In this document: piece after piece, positions 1 to 12,989 of the stretch | Layout: the number at the start of each line of letters is the position of its first letter | Position numbering within the stretch: position 1 is the first letter of the stretch | NCBI RefSeq assembly: GCF_009834535.1 | Contig: NC_045698.1 | Location: 1,428,001 to 1,492,000, forward strand | DNA: 64,000 bases | From: Camelus ferus | Lineage: Eukaryota | Direction of reading: 5' to 3' | Notes under the pieces: generated by a model | The model's database searches: none | What the model was told of the DNA's origin: nothing | What the model saw: only the letters and a program-made list of their open reading frames with translations | Position numbers and translations under genes: made by a program

Positions 1-938
1 TCATCACGAAAAATAAAAACCGTAGGCCAATCGCACTGTTGAACACACAACATACCAAACAAAATCAACAAACTGAATCCAGTAAAGAATTAACTTAAAA
101 AGTAATGGTAGTACCTTTTGAACAAGCTGAGCTTATCCCAGAAATGCAAGGGGGTTTAATATTAGGAAATGTATTAAAGAAATTTGCCATATAAACCAAT
201 TAAATGAAAAAAAGAAGCCTGTATCTGTGACAATAGCTGCATAAAAAGCATCTGATACGATTTACCAATTCATGATTTCTTCTAAAAAAAATCTTTTCAA
301 TTATGAACAGAAGAAAACCCTCTTAACCTGAAGGCATATCTGCTAGAAAGCTTACAACAAATGTCGCGGAGGAGGAACAAGACAAAAACACTTACTAGTA
401 AGCTTTTATTTCTGTATTTCACTTAAAGCCCTCGCCATTGCGATAATGCAGGGAGAGTGTTCACCTGTCACGGAAGAGGTTGCAATATTCTTTTCTCAGA
501 CAATACAACCTTTCTATATAGAAAATCCAGGGAAATCCACAGACTACTAGCTCAATATAGAAATTAGTGTATTTTCTACATATAAACTCAACATATGAAA
601 ATTAATCTTAATAAACCAGAAAAATAAATACATGATTTAAAAAATACGCCAGTCACAATAATGTATAAAAGATTCTACATACAATTTTTTGAAGAAAATG
701 ACACAATTTTATTATAGGTAAACTTACTTATTAAAGAAAGTCTAAACAAACAGAAAGATATATTTATAGATGTAAAGATCTGTTTTTTCTAAACTGATCT
801 ACACATTTAATGCAATGCCAACAAAAAAATCTTAATGGGTTTTTCAATGTGCTTGAAAGGGGTTCAAGGTGCTTTTTCTGTAGGGGAAAAAAAAGATAAG
901 ATTGTCCTATTATCTACCAAAACGTACTATAAAACCAC
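1..938 (+). mobile_element. Ancient LINE-1 (L1M-type) ORF2 remnant, degenerate
   Basis: A-rich; 'aaatgcaagggggtttaatattaggaaatgtatt' and 'gctgcataaaaagcatctgatacgatt' resemble the DNA for L1 RT motifs MQGWFNIRKS and DAEKAFDKIQ; 'ctaccaaaacgtactataaaaccac' resembles LPDFKLYYKA. Many stops and frameshifts. Confidence 0.75.
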
Positions 939-939
939 G

Positions 940-1380
940 TGTTGTGACTTGAATTGTGTTCTTCAAAAAGCTATGTTCACGTCTTAACCGCCAGCACCTG
1001 TGAAAGAGGGTCTGTGCGGAGACAATTAGCCACGTGAGATCTTATTGGAGTAGGTGGGCTCTAAATCTGGTGTGACTACTGAGCTCATAAGAGGAGGAGA
1101 AGACACGGGGACAGACACGCAGAGAGGGGAGCCCACGGGGACGTGGAGGCAGAGGTTGGAGTGACGCTCCTAGAAGCCAAGGAACACCCAGGACTGCAGC
1201 ATCCGCCAGAAGCTGGAAGCGCCAAGGATGGATTCTCCCCTAGAGCCTCAGAGACGGCGTGGCCCTGCAACACCATGATGTAGGACTTCTGGTCCCCAGG
1301 ACTCTGATAATAAATTGCTGTTGTTTTCAGTTGCCCTGGCTTGTGGTACTTTGCTATAACAGCCCCAGGAAGCTAATCCA
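940..1380 (+). mobile_element. MaLR LTR (MLT1 family) inserted in the old L1
   Basis: Starts 'tgttgtgacttgaattgtgtt'; contains 'gaggcagaggttggagtga..agccaaggaacac..ccagaagctggaag..gattctcccctagagcct' and 'aataaattgctgttgtttt..ttgtggtactttgctataacagccccaggaagctaatcca', typical of MLT1. Confidence 0.85.
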
Positions 1381-1690
1381 CACAGCAACAAAGACGCCAC
1401 GATGCTGGTGCAGCAGCAGACAACAGAGCAGGAGAGGAAGACCAGAAGCACCCACAGCTACACGGAAGTTTGCAGGCAGTGGAGGTGGCGCCCCAACTCA
1501 GGAGCAAGGGCAGACTCCCTAAGACCTGGGGCCAGGAAACCGGCGAATATGAAATAGGGGCAGGGGCTCCCTAAGTGCCTGGTATCCAAACTAAAGAATG
1601 AAATATGACATGAAAAATGTCGCAACTTTTTAAGGAAATTATTGTTATGGAATCACAAGAAGGAAATGTTTCTAAAAAAAGACTTTAGGA
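1381..1690 (+). mobile_element. Probable continuation of the old L1 ORF2 after the MLT1 insertion
   Basis: 'acagcaacaaagacgccacgatgctggtgcag' continues the L1 ATVTKTAWYW region interrupted at ~939; strongly diverged. Confidence 0.45.
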
Positions 1691-2059
1691 GAAAAAGAAG
1701 GAGCCGTGAAGACGGAGGATGAAGGATGAAGACGGAGGGGGAGGGGTGGATGGAGACAATTGTGCCCAACGCTGCCTCTGCCCGCTCAGCGTGCACACCA
1801 GGCTTCCGGGTCTCCGCTTTGGCTGCCCCTCCTCTCCTTCAGAAACAGCGTCCGGCTGCAGTAGACACCTCCGCACATCACTGCCCTGGCTGATGCGGAA
1901 GGAAACTCATCCTAGTCAATTAAGGCTTCAGTCTCCTCATCGCCATAATGCAGGTGGCAGTGCGACCCTTACCGGACACTCCGCATCGACGCGCTAGGTT
2001 TCTGGGGGGCGAGTGCTGCGCGTCTTCGCTTTGAGCCTCCGCTCGGGTGCGGCTAGCGG

Positions 2060-2499
2060 GGGTGGTCGATTTCCTGCGTCAGCCGGCCGTGGGGCACCTG
2101 GATATCTGACTGAGCTCTCTGGGCGTGTCTGCGAGGGTGCTCCGGGTGGGAGAAGCATTTGAATCAGAGGACTGAGGAAAGCAGACAGCCCCTCCCAATG
2201 GGGTGGGAGCCCTCCAGTCCACTGAAGGCCTGAGCAGACAGCCAGGCCGAGTGAGGGGGACTGGCTCCCTCTCTGCTTGTCTTTGAGTTGGGACATCAGT
2301 CTCCTCCCAACTCTGGACCTGGACTCAGGCTGGAATCTTCGCCATCAGTGCTGCTAGGTCTCGGGCCTTCAGACCCAGACTGGGTCTCCGTCTTGCCTCT
2401 ATAGCTGTGCGAGCCAGTGCTTAATTGTCTGTCTGTCTGTCTGTCTATCATCTTACCATCCTATTGGTTCTGTTTGTCTGGAGACCTCTGACTGATAAA
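2060..2499 (+). mobile_element. ERVL LTR (MLT2 family)
   Basis: 'gtgtctgcgagggtgctcc..agcatttgaatcagaggactgaggaaagcagacagcccctcccaatggggtggg', internal (TGTC)n, and the terminal 'cctattggttctgtttgtctggagacctctgactgata' are MLT2 hallmarks. Confidence 0.8.
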
Positions 2500-4959
2500 C
2501 CCTGATACGCCGCTCACCTGGAGCTAGAACACAGAACTCAAGCACAGACTCAACCCCCGTCACTGGGCTGGACGACCCTGGGGCAAGGGACCCACCCCCT
2601 CTGAGTCCACACCGAGTAAACGTGCGCGCACACGCCCCTCTGTGTGTCTGCACCCCGTCCCACCGGGACTGCGGCAACTGGCATTTAGTTTAGCGACCCA
2701 TCGATAGACTTTGCATCGTCCTCCCAGCGCTGAATTTTGACGTAAGCAGGGCGAGAAGACTGCACAGTCCCTAGACGCTGAGCGCCTGCCTGGGAGCCGC
2801 TTCCCTGCGAGCGGCCTCTGCCGCCCACCCCGCACGCGCCGAGGTGGGAGTGTGTGTGAACCCCTCAGCTCGCGACCGGATGGTTTCCACACACGAGGCT
2901 AAACGCTTGGCAAGGGCAGGAGCACTGCCTCTAGCACGGGGCTGTGGCAGCCACTTCTGAGAAGCTAAAAATACTCATTTAAGTCTTTAAAATTACTTGA
3001 GTTAATTTTCACTTTCAAGACCACCAGCCAGAAACCCAGCCCGGCGCGCGGTGCATGGCGGTTCGCCCCCCGCTGCTGGCGCAGCTGCTGACGGGTTTCT
3101 CTTCCGTTGTTCTGAGACGACGGCAGGGCGGTCTGGGGGCGGAAGCCAGCGCACACTTCCAGGGCCAAGTGAGGAGAGGAGAGAAGCGGGCCCTTTGTTC
3201 ACGGCTCAACAGGCGAGTCTTCTAGACCTTTAAGCTGCTTGGTCCTTGTGACCCTCAGGCAGGTGATGCCCCCTTCCCACATCACCTTAGTTCTTAAAAA
3301 CAAATAAACAAACTCCAAGATAAGCCTGTGGAGAGGCAGAGAGCTTCCTGGTGCTGGCAGGTCCGTGGCCAGCACGCACGCAGAGCAGCCCTGCGTGGCC
3401 GGCAAGGTTGAAGCAGAAATCTCCCAGCTGGGACCTTGGTGGCCGTGCTCTGCAGTGGCCCGAGGAGACCCAGCAGGCAGACCGCACAGGCCCCTCGCCC
3501 ACTAGGGCTAAGACGGCAGTGGGACACAGGACATCCCCGTCTCCCTGAGGCCGCGGGTCCCCGGGTTAGCCGTCTGCCCAGTGAGAGGCAGCTGGCCTTC
3601 TGCTCTGACCCACTTGAAGCCACGGCCTTCTCTGCAGGCCCTTCCCCCATGAGGGCTCTCCGTGGAAGCCTCAGGGCAGGGCCACAGGGTCCCAGTGCAT
3701 GGCTGTGCCCCCACTGGGCTGGCACTGGTTCCTGTGAACCTGGCTGAGCTGCCCTGAGCCCCGTCACCACCTCTGCACGTGGCCTGCCCAGTTGTGCCCA
3801 CTCTTCTGCCTCCAGCGCAGATCCGACCAGCTGTGGGAGTGGGGCAGAACGCTTAGCTTCTTTGAGAGGTGCTCAACCCGGCCTCCAGAGGCTCAGTGGC
3901 CTCTCGCCGCTGTGGCCTCTCTGCTCCGTCCCTGGGCCTGGTTATGCCGCACTGTCTCAGTTCAGACGCCACCTTGTACTGACAATCTTATCTGGGCTGA
4001 TGGCTGTTTACCCCAAGCTCAGTTTCTCATTGGCAGGAGGGAGGATAATGATCCACGTGCAAAGCCATCATGAGAAGGAGACGTGGTCACACTTGAGACC
4101 GCAGCGGCCGCGGCCGCCCGGACCCCCTGCCGGGCTCTCCCGGTGTCTGCCTCCGTCTGACGTCTGCTGACCTCACCCCTGCGACGCTCACACCTGGGCT
4201 GCCCAGGAGTGTCCCTAAAGCAGAGCTCTGAGTGTGCAACGTTCCTCCTGTGGAAGCCGTGACCAGCCCCCTTCCCCAGGGGCGGGAGAGCAGACCCGAG
4301 TCCCTCTGAGGGCCCCCCTGGAGGAGACCTGGATGCCTCTCCCGCCCCGGCACACCCCCCCCCCACCCCTCCGCAGAGCCGCCCGGCCCCGGGCTGTTGC
4401 TGCTTCTCATGGGAAGTTCTCAAGCCTGGGTGGCGCGGGGGCTCCCTCCACGCGGATCGGCCAACACACAGCCCGTCCTTCAAACTGGGGCCCAGGGGTC
4501 TCTGTGGGGAGAGGCCGCCAAGCTGGGTATTTAACCAGTTGCAGCTTCCAAGCTGCACCTCACGCTAGTCCGTGATCTCCCCACTCTGACGAGATTATAG
4601 GTGCTGGAGGTTAATGTCCCCAGCTTGCTCATCTGTAGAAGCCCGCAGTGTCTAGCCCGTAAGAGACTCTCGGTGAATATCTGCTAAACTTGACTCAAAT
4701 TGGTCGCTCAACAGAGGCCAACATCTTTCTCCAGTGGTGACAGCAACTAAATGATCATTTAGCCCAATTTATTAGTCACTGACGCAGGTCACCGGCTAAT
4801 CGATGAGGGGTCAGGGCTGCTGTGGGATGCTGGGACGCGAGGAGAGGCTGGAGCGCGCAAGCTCCTGGCCCCGCTCCGGGACAGACACGGCCGTGTTTAT
4901 GATGAGGGCTAAGACGATGAATACACTATTTTCAGAGCTCTGGGGACGGACAACACTGA

Positions 4960-5420
4960 GGAAACGCACTTGCTGGAGATCCCTGCTAAATTACAGCCCT
5001 CCCTTGGCTGCCCGTCCCCGCTCCATGATTGTATATTCAAAGCAAATGCATTATTTAAACAATAATATACTCTCTATTAGTTCCCCGCTTGGGTTAATGG
5101 TTGGCTAAAGCAATTACGGGGCCCCAGGGAGGGACTTGCAGCAAAGGGACCAAGATGCACCGCCAGTAACACGTGTCTCTTCTTTACTGCAGTGATTAAA
5201 GATTAGTGCACAGTGTCTGAGGGCTTGCGAGCGTGCTGAGGGCTCTGTAATGACCAGCAGTCTCCCTTACGCTAATTAACATCGGAAAGAGAACAAGAGA
5301 GGACTCTGAACTGCACAGGAGACCTAAGATAGTCGCCTTTTTCTTTCAGACTCCTTAAAAGTGCAAGCAGGCTTTGCTGTGATCAATCAAAAGCCATGAT
5401 ATTAAAAACATCCGAATTAG
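4960..5420. promoter_or_regulatory. Candidate conserved non-coding/enhancer-like island
   Basis: Non-repetitive AT-richer island in GC-rich DNA with AACAAT (SOX), GCTAATTAAC and CAATTA (homeodomain), and ATCAATCA at 5382-5389 (PBX-HOX TGATTGAT, minus strand). Motif evidence only. Confidence 0.3.
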
Positions 5421-6599
5421 CTTCCAGGTAGGCAAGAACGTTAGAAATGTTGCAGGGGTAGATAATCCGCTCCTGTGCGCGCGTGGAAGATTGTGCCAGA
5501 ATGTGCTTGGGACGTTGCCTCAAACGTCACCCGTGCACAGTACTGAAGCGGGGTTCCATGACAGGGGTGTGGAGCGGGGTGAAAAAGAAACTTAATTCAC
5601 TCTTACTGTGGGAGTAGCTTTAATGAGTCACGTTTCTAATGAGGACCCGGCAAAGTAGTCATGCCCGTCCCTGGACAGAGTCCCCCCTTGTCCGTCCTCA
5701 GCCACCTTGACCCTGGCAGCCCCCCCACCCCCCAGCCGACCGCATCCGCACCACCTTGCCCTTACTGCTTCCTCAGCCCGTCCGCCCTTCCCGTAGTTCC
5801 CCTTGTACACGCCCCTGTTGTCTTCTTCTTCTTTCTTCTTTTGGTGCCCATCAGCGGCCCTTCCTCGCCCGCCCAGCCCGTCCCATGTCCTGGAATCCCA
5901 TCTAAGCTCTACGCAGCCTGACCCGACTCAGCTGACCCAGCGCTCACCCAGTAGTCAGCCAAGACCGCGTGTTATGGGTTAACTAGTGAGCGGACCCACG
6001 GTTTGAGCATAAAGCCGAGCTATCCATGGAAAATCCAACTGGAAGAAAGTGGCAGGGCTTAGAGGAGCAGCGTCCACGTGTTCGTACGTCTTTTTTCTTT
6101 CTGATGGTCTGCTTGTGGTCAGCTTCATGTGGTTCCATGTCCTTCCTCTCTTCGAGGGACCGCACACCTGTGTCCACCCCGCCGCTCCACCTTAGCCTCT
6201 CTGCTCCCCCGGAGGAAGTGTCTGCGTCTTCCCTCTGCAGCAGGCAGAGCGATCAGTGGGGGGAAGGGACGAACCGGAGACCAGGCGGGGAGTGGGCAGG
6301 AGGCACCCCTGGGACTTGAGTTATGGGGGCTGATGAGCTCAGAGGTGGTCAGGAGGGCACCTGGGGCCACGGCCGGGAGACGGGCTTCAGAGCAGGTGCG
6401 TCTTCCCTCTGGGACCACAGGCCCCTTAGAGCTCCCAGGGCCGCTCTGCTACTGAAGACGGAAGAAGATGAGCACCAGGTTTGCCCGTGGTGAGGACTCA
6501 ACTGCATCCGTGGCGTGGCCCCTCTTCCCCGTCGGTGGTGGGTGATGGGTGCAGCCCTCTGCCTTTGTTTTCCCACAGCCTTGCTGTGAGTTACATCGC

Positions 6600-6825
6600 C
6601 GAGGGCCAGTCTCACATGCGTCTTTATCTTTCCGTAGTAACCGTGTAATAATTAGCTTAAAGGGAGTATTTAGCAGAATTGCTTTTGTTATATGCATTTC
6701 AAAACATGGAGAAGCAACTACAAACCACCTGTAAACTTTGCAGTAAAAGATGAAATGTCCAACCATTGAAATTAGTCAAAAAGGGTTGAAAATAATTTGT
6801 TTAATTAATATTTATGCCAACCAAT
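6600..6825. promoter_or_regulatory. Candidate enhancer-like AT-rich island
   Basis: Unique AT-rich stretch with TAATTAG, TTAATTAA, TGTAAAC (FOX-like) and CATTGA motifs; no repeat recognised. Confidence 0.25.
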
Positions 6826-6858
6826 GTATAAATATATGTGTGTATGTCTGTGTATGTA

Positions 6859-6889
<31 letters not shown>

Positions 6890-7283
6890 GTATGTGTATG
6901 TGTGTGTATGTGTGTATATGTACGTGTGTGTATGTGTACGGGTGTATGTATGTGCGTGTGTGTATATATGTACGTGTGTGTATGTGTACGTTTATGTGTA
7001 CGTGTATGTGTATGTGTACGTGTGTGTGTATGTGTACGTGTGTACGTGTGTATGTGTATGTGTGTTTATGTGTGTGTATATGTACTTGTGTATATGTGTA
7101 CGGGTGTATGTGTGTATGTGTATGTATGTGTGTACGTGTGTGTTTGTTTATGTGTACGTGTGTGTGTATGTGTACGTGTGTGTATGTGTATGTGTTTGTA
7201 TGTGTATGTGTGTATGTATGTGTGTGTATGTGTATGTATGTGTGTTTATGTGTATGTGTGTACGTGTGTGTGGTGTGCGTGTG
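6826..7283. repeat. Complex (TG/TA)n microsatellite, ~460 bp (TGTGTA/TGTACG units)
   Basis: Directly visible; produces the V/C/Y/M-only ORFs at 6750-7481. Confidence 0.97.
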
Positions 7284-7285
7284 CC

Positions 7286-7631
7286 TTCAGCCCTCTGTAA
7301 TTGTCGGTTCCACATCTTTAGATTCAGCCAACTGCCAATCGCACGTATTTGGAAAAAAAGTTCCAGAACTTCCAAAAGGCCATCCTTGCACTTGCTACAC
7401 CCAGCAGCTATTCACATAGCCTTTCCATTGTATTTACAGCAATCTACACGGTGCCTACACTGGTCTGGGTGTTGTAAGTGATTAGGGATGATTCATAACA
7501 TGAGAGGATGTGTGCATGTATGTGCAAACACTGTACCGTTTCCGTGTCATATCAGGGACTTGAGCACCGTGGACTTTGGCATCTGGGGGTGGTCCTGGAG
7601 CCGACCCCCACGACTACCAGGGGACACCGTG
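7286..7631 (-). mobile_element. MER2-family (TcMar-Tigger) non-autonomous DNA transposon
   Basis: 'ggttccacatctttagattcagccaac' at the left end and 'cagggacttgagcaccgtggactttggcatctgggggtggtcctggagccgacccccac' at the right end match the reverse complement of the MER2 consensus as I recall it. Confidence 0.8.
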
Positions 7632-7976
7632 CTGGCCTGCCTGGGACACTCGCAGCAGAGCAGACCCAAAGGGGGACCGACCTGTACCGTTTATAGGGTT
7701 TTCTCTATTCTCTGGGCCCTTTAAAGATAGCAACACAATATTCCAGCTTTTTTAAAAAAGATTAAGCCAAATGCCTGTGAAGAGTAGACAGATTTCACGA
7801 CCACGGTGCACCTGTGTCTACAGAATTTGAGAATCAAATGTGACTAAAAATACGCTCACTCCAGGGACCCTGGGCTAGGATGTTATCCCAGGAAGAGTCA
7901 GGAAGTGGCTTCACTGGTGGTCCCCAGAAACACATGATGTGGAGAAAAACATAAAACACACCAGAGAATCCTTGTA

Positions 7977-8138
7977 GCCGTGGTTCTGAACTCTGGAGCC
8001 CACTAGGAATGGCAAAAATGCCAGTGTGGGACCTCACTCCAGGCCAATTAGGTCAGAGTCTGTGTGGCGGGACAAGGCGTCGGTGTATTTATAAGCTCCC
8101 TGAGCATTCTGTTATGCAGCAGGGGGCAAGAGCCAGCG
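7977..8138. mobile_element. MER5-like (hAT-Charlie) element
   Basis: 'tggttctgaact..ccaggccaattaggtcagagtctgtg..ataagctccctgagcattctgttatgcagc' follows the MER5 layout. Confidence 0.55.
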
Positions 8139-8854
8139 TTTCATATCCATGTAGAAGGGGCAGCAGGCCAACCCAGACAGTCTCGGCCGTCTACCCCTGC
8201 CCTGAGAGCCATGGCTTTTGTCCCCAGGTACACACGATGGTAAAACACACACAGGTGATAGCTTGAAAGAGGAAAATGATTTCAAGTGGAAACTGTATCA
8301 TTTAAAAAGTGAGGAGCATTCACATGAAGAGAAATCACGCACCTGCCCCCTGACGCAGGGGTATTTCACAGTCTTCTGTACACTTGTGAACGGAGAAGAC
8401 ACGCAGCAGAGTGACGGCTTATCTTATGCTGTGCTTAAGTGACGCGTTTTGCAGGTGAAGACATTATACTTACTGCTTTTGGAAAATTAATCCAAGAGCA
8501 AAAAATGCTTCAAAAATAGTATAAATTAAACACAATAGTTTGTTTCTCTAACATTTTAATATCAAATAGCATGTTTCAGGTCATTGAAAATAAAGCATTA
8601 ATTTACATATATTATTCAAAACAAAATAGCTATGTAGATTTATGAAATAAGCTATATTTTTGCCAAGATCGAGATGTTAATGTATGTCTAGCACCGCCCA
8701 ACGACCTAGTAAAGGAGACCCTGCTGCTCGTCTGGGACCGAGGGCGCCGCAGGTTCCAGCCAGACAAACCCTCCCGGCAGGTCTAGACGACACGGTCCCG
8801 TTAGACAAGGCAGAGAGCCCCGGCAGCTGGCTTCGGGCTGCCTCTCCAAACCTC

Positions 8855-9010
8855 TGCAGCTCAAAACTGGTCCAGGACCACGAGCACCAGCTTCACCGGG
8901 AGCTTGTTGGAAATGCGTCCGCGCAGGCTGCTCCCCTCAACCTGCTCCCACTGAGTCAAAATCCACCTTTTAACAAGCCCCCAGGGACCCGTCTCCACAT
9001 CCAGGTTTCT
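8855..9010. mobile_element. MER5A-like (hAT-Charlie) element
   Basis: 'tcaaaactggtccaggaccacgagcaccagcttcaccgggagcttgttggaaatgc..gagtcaaaatccaccttttaacaagcccccagg' resembles MER5A. Confidence 0.6.
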
Positions 9011-9436
9011 GGGTCTCTGTTTGCTCTAAGTGACTTCAGTACTTAATTTCAACTGCGTAGTAAAAATGTATAATTAAATATGCAAAATCTGTTTAAAATG
9101 AAAAAAAATTCTTGCATGTGTTTAGCATGTGTTTAAGTAAGGCTTTCAGGTCTGTCCTTTCCTTTATCATCATGTATTTCAGAGACATTCGAGGAAACTG
9201 AGGCTGGTTCTCGTGCCAGAATCAGTGGCCCCTTTGAGCTCCAGTAGGAATCTTTGAATCCAGTGCAGGGCTCTCTCCCTGCAGCAGGTCTGATCGGGGG
9301 AATAGTTCTGCTCCCCAAACACACACAGACAGAAGTGCCCAGGACAAGCCCACTGGGCTGCAAGTCCCAGGAGACAGTCGGGGAGGGCAGTCACCTGGGG
9401 GTGTCCTCACGGGTCTGCCTTCAAAACACACACATT

Positions 9437-10335
9437 GGCAAAGACATACAAATGGCCGAAAGGCACATGAAAAAATACTCAGTATCACTAATGATCAGAG
9501 AAATGCAAATCAAAACTGCAATGAGGTGTCATCTCACATCGGTCAGAATGGCCATCATTAAAAACTCCACAAAGAATAAATGCTGGAGAGGGTGTGGAGA
9601 AAAGGGAACCCTCTTACATTGCTGGTGGGAATGTAAACTGGTACAGCCACTGTGGAGAACAGTATGGAGATTCCTAAAAAAACTAAAGATAGAGTTACCC
9701 TATGATCCAGCAAGCCTACTCCTGGGCATATATCCAGAGGGAACTCTAATTTGAAAAGACACCTGCACCCCAGTGTTCATAACAGCACTATTTACAATAG
9801 TCAAGACATGGCAATGGCCTAATTGTCCATTGACATATTACTGGGTAAAGAAGCTGTGGTATATGTATACAAAGGAATACTACTCAGCCATAAAAAAGAA
9901 TGAAATAATGCCATTTGCACCAACATGAATGGACCTGGAGATTGTCACTCTAAGTGAAGTAAGCCAGAAAGAGAAAGAAAAATACCATATGATATCACTC
10001 ATATGTGGAATATAAAAAAAAAAAAGTCACAAATGAACTCATTTACAAAACAGAAACAGACTCACAGACATAGAAAACAAACTCATGGTTACCAGAGGAG
10101 AAAGGGGGTGGGGAGGGATAAATTGGGAGTTTGAGATTTGCAGACACTACTATATATAAAATAAGAAAACAAAAAGTTTATACTGTAGAGCACAGGGAAC
10201 TATATTCAACATCTTGTAGTACCCTATAATGAAAAAGAATATGAAAATGAATGTATGTATGTGCATGGAAGACTGAAACATGATCCTGTGCACCAGAAGT
10301 TGACACAACACTGTAAGCTGATGATACTTCGATAA
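9437..10335 (+). mobile_element. Young 5'-truncated LINE-1 (ORF2 C-terminus plus 3' UTR), camelid/artiodactyl type
   Basis: ORF 9254-9754 contains [57 protein letters not shown] (L1 ORF2 C-terminal region); 3' UTR 'tgtgcaccagaagttgacacaacactgtaagctga'; imperfect candidate TSD aaaacacacacatt (9423-9436) / aaaacacagacacact (10334-10349). Confidence 0.95.
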
Positions 10336-12799
10336 AACACAGACACACTCGTTGTCAGCGAAGCTGCTGCATTTGCCAACGTTGACAAGAGGAGTTCTTT
10401 CCAAATGGTGAATTGTTCTGGAATATTCCATAATCCAGCAGCTGTTACCTAGTGAAATGCTTCATCTTTGCACATTTTCCTCGTGAACGTCGAATGTCAG
10501 GCTCTTCTCAGACCAGACATTTCTAGCTGAGCCTGTTTCTGACTGTCTCCTGCCCACAGTCCATCCAGGCGGTGCCCTGCGGATTCTCCTGGCTTAGCCG
10601 TTTCCTGTGGACCGTGTGCTGGAAACTTCTGTGCAGTTTGCTGACCACCACAGCTTAATCATGGTTCTCAATTCCTTTCGCTGCTTGAACAAGATCACTT
10701 GGCTTTTAGAGGATATTTGATTCCCCATTTCTATGTCCCTCCATCCCAACCTCGGCTGATTCTCTGAGGAACCCCTGTTCTGCACGACAGCCTTTGAGCT
10801 GTACTTACAATCGCCCCCCTGGGTCCTCACTCCATCCCTCCTGGCAGAAACTGACCCAGGTTCCATGGGAACTGCAGGAATGCACCCCTTCCCAGCACGA
10901 CGCCAAGGGACAAAGACGAGGGTGGGGCTGAGCGCCAGGGTCAGGAATGCCGGTCGTGGTTCCTGGTCCCAGCTTGACCACTTGCTCCTGAGAGAAGGAA
11001 GCAGGTTTACAGCGCTTGCCTTTGTCTGCCTTCTTGGCTGACTCCTGTCCCTGCTTGTGACCACGGTGCCACTCCACCCTGCTGGTCACAGCATGATGGA
11101 CTGCTGGGAATGGCTTCCTGTTACACCGGTGTGCACACACGCCTGCACACGTATGCACGAATGCACGCTGGCCATCCCTCCCTGCCGGGCGTCCCGGGCC
11201 TCGGTCGTAGACTGTGTCCCCTGCAACACTGCACATTTTCACAACCTTCAAACTTAGCTCTGAATGTCTTCGCCACCAAGTGGGGCTGCCAGACGACAAG
11301 GCTGTTAACGAGCTGGCAGCTCGGCACGTCGTTAGGGGCCCGCAGGCCGGCGGCTCGGGGCGGCTCAGGTGCTGGGAACAGATCGCCCCGCGCGCCTCGT
11401 GGGGCTGGGCAGGGGTGCTCTTCTTTCCCTGGGTTTCCCCCAAAGTGGTGTCAGGAGTAGGTGCTTAATGATAATGAATTGAATTGTTCTATCTAAAGTG
11501 GACGGACTGGCAGAATTCTGGAAACCGAGAGATCCCCGAAGCTGGCTAAGAAAACAAAAGTAATTGGGTTACACAGAGAAAATAAGATAAACATTCATTA
11601 AAATTACAGTGACGGCTGTGGTGGAGGAGCGGGGAGCGGCGGCCCGTGTCCCGGCTGCAGGCACCGTTTTCTCCCCATTCTTGGCACGTCCACGGGGCTC
11701 TCGGCTTAGGGGAAAGGCCTCTGGTTTTCCCAAAGGTTCTTTTTTCTGCCTTTTCTTTTTTATTATCAGTTTTCAAAGATGTGGTCATGGAGCTCGGTGG
11801 AGAACACTTTGATCATCATCGCTGGTGTCTGTGATTCAGGCCACCGGGAAGGAAAGCCGACCGCGCTCCAGGCAGAGGCGGGTCCAGGCACACCCTCTGT
11901 CCACCTGGTTGTCCTGCATGTTCTCGGGATAGAAGCAACTCTTACGACAACTTCTTGAAACCCAGAGACTCCGCTCACTCACGGTGACACACGGAAAGGC
12001 CCCTGAGTGGGAGGGAGTGAGACCCAGTGGTCTCTCCGCCCTGACTCGGGGGTGGGGGCTGCCCTGTCCCTGGTTCACGGGAGTGTGGGTCTGTGCTCCC
12101 ACCAGCTGCCCCTCAACCCTGCAACCATCAATGGAGGTTGGTGGGCAGCCCCCACCTGGGGACAGCTCCCCACGGTGGGCCTGCCGCCCAGGAGGACAGC
12201 CGGAGCCTGCAGCAGCTGCCCAGGGGTCCCTGCTGTGAGCACGTGCCGTCAGCAGCGTCTGAGTTTTCTGTCCTAAAGAACATCGTGTGTTCCGCTTCCT
12301 CTTGAAAGTAGTGTCCACTTCATGCCTCTTCGATACCAAGGGATTTGGAGAAAGGCTGGGCTGGGACCGCGGACAGTTCCACACTTGACATCGGTATTTT
12401 ATCTCCAGCTGCTGGTGAGAGGTTTTCCGCTGCTGAGCCCAGGAGGGGCCCCACCCGGCACGTCCGGCCCGTGGGCAGCGTGCAGGCATCTGCTTCTTAC
12501 TTTAACACGAACTTGAATTTCTCAGCTATGCTTCCAGGTCCCAGGGTCCGGGGAGTCACTGACATCGTGGCTCATCCCCTGTGGCCAGCGTCCTGGAGGT
12601 GTGGCCCCAGGGCAGGCAGACGTGGCTCGGGCCTCCTTCCGCTGTTGAGGGCCTCTGGTGAGCCACCTGCTTGACGCGTCTTCTAGGTAAAACTCTCAGC
12701 TAATCTCTGCAGAGCCGCCAAGCCCTGGGCACAGGGAGTCACCCCCTCGCTGGGCTGTCTGCACAAATTTGTCTCATTGGAAACAGATGTTGAGGATGC

Positions 12800-12989
12800 A
12801 GGGTACTCAGTATAGTCCCCTGCGCTGTACAGTGGACACTCGTTTATCTGTTTTATGGATCTCATAATAACTTACAGTGAAAACGAATGTGGAAAAGAAT
12901 ATGTGCACGTGCATGTGTGACTGAAACATTATGCTGTGCGCCAGAAGTTGACGCAACATTGTAGACTGACTAGACTTAAAAAAAAAAAA
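12800..12989 (+). mobile_element. Very short 5'-inverted L1 3' end (twin-priming product)
   Basis: 12801-12856 is antisense L1 3' UTR (compare 10155-10222); 12858-12989 is the adjacent sense 3' UTR ending in poly(A); decayed TSD agatgttgaggatgc (12785-12799) / agactttggggatgc (12989-13003). Confidence 0.85.

Noticed and set aside
6750..7481. 243-aa, 193-aa and 158-aa V/C/Y/M-rich ORFs
   Set aside because: Translations of the (TG/TA)n microsatellite running into MER2.
9254..9754. 166-aa ORF with clear protein similarity
   Set aside because: LINE-1 ORF2 C-terminal fragment of a truncated copy, not a host gene or intact L1.
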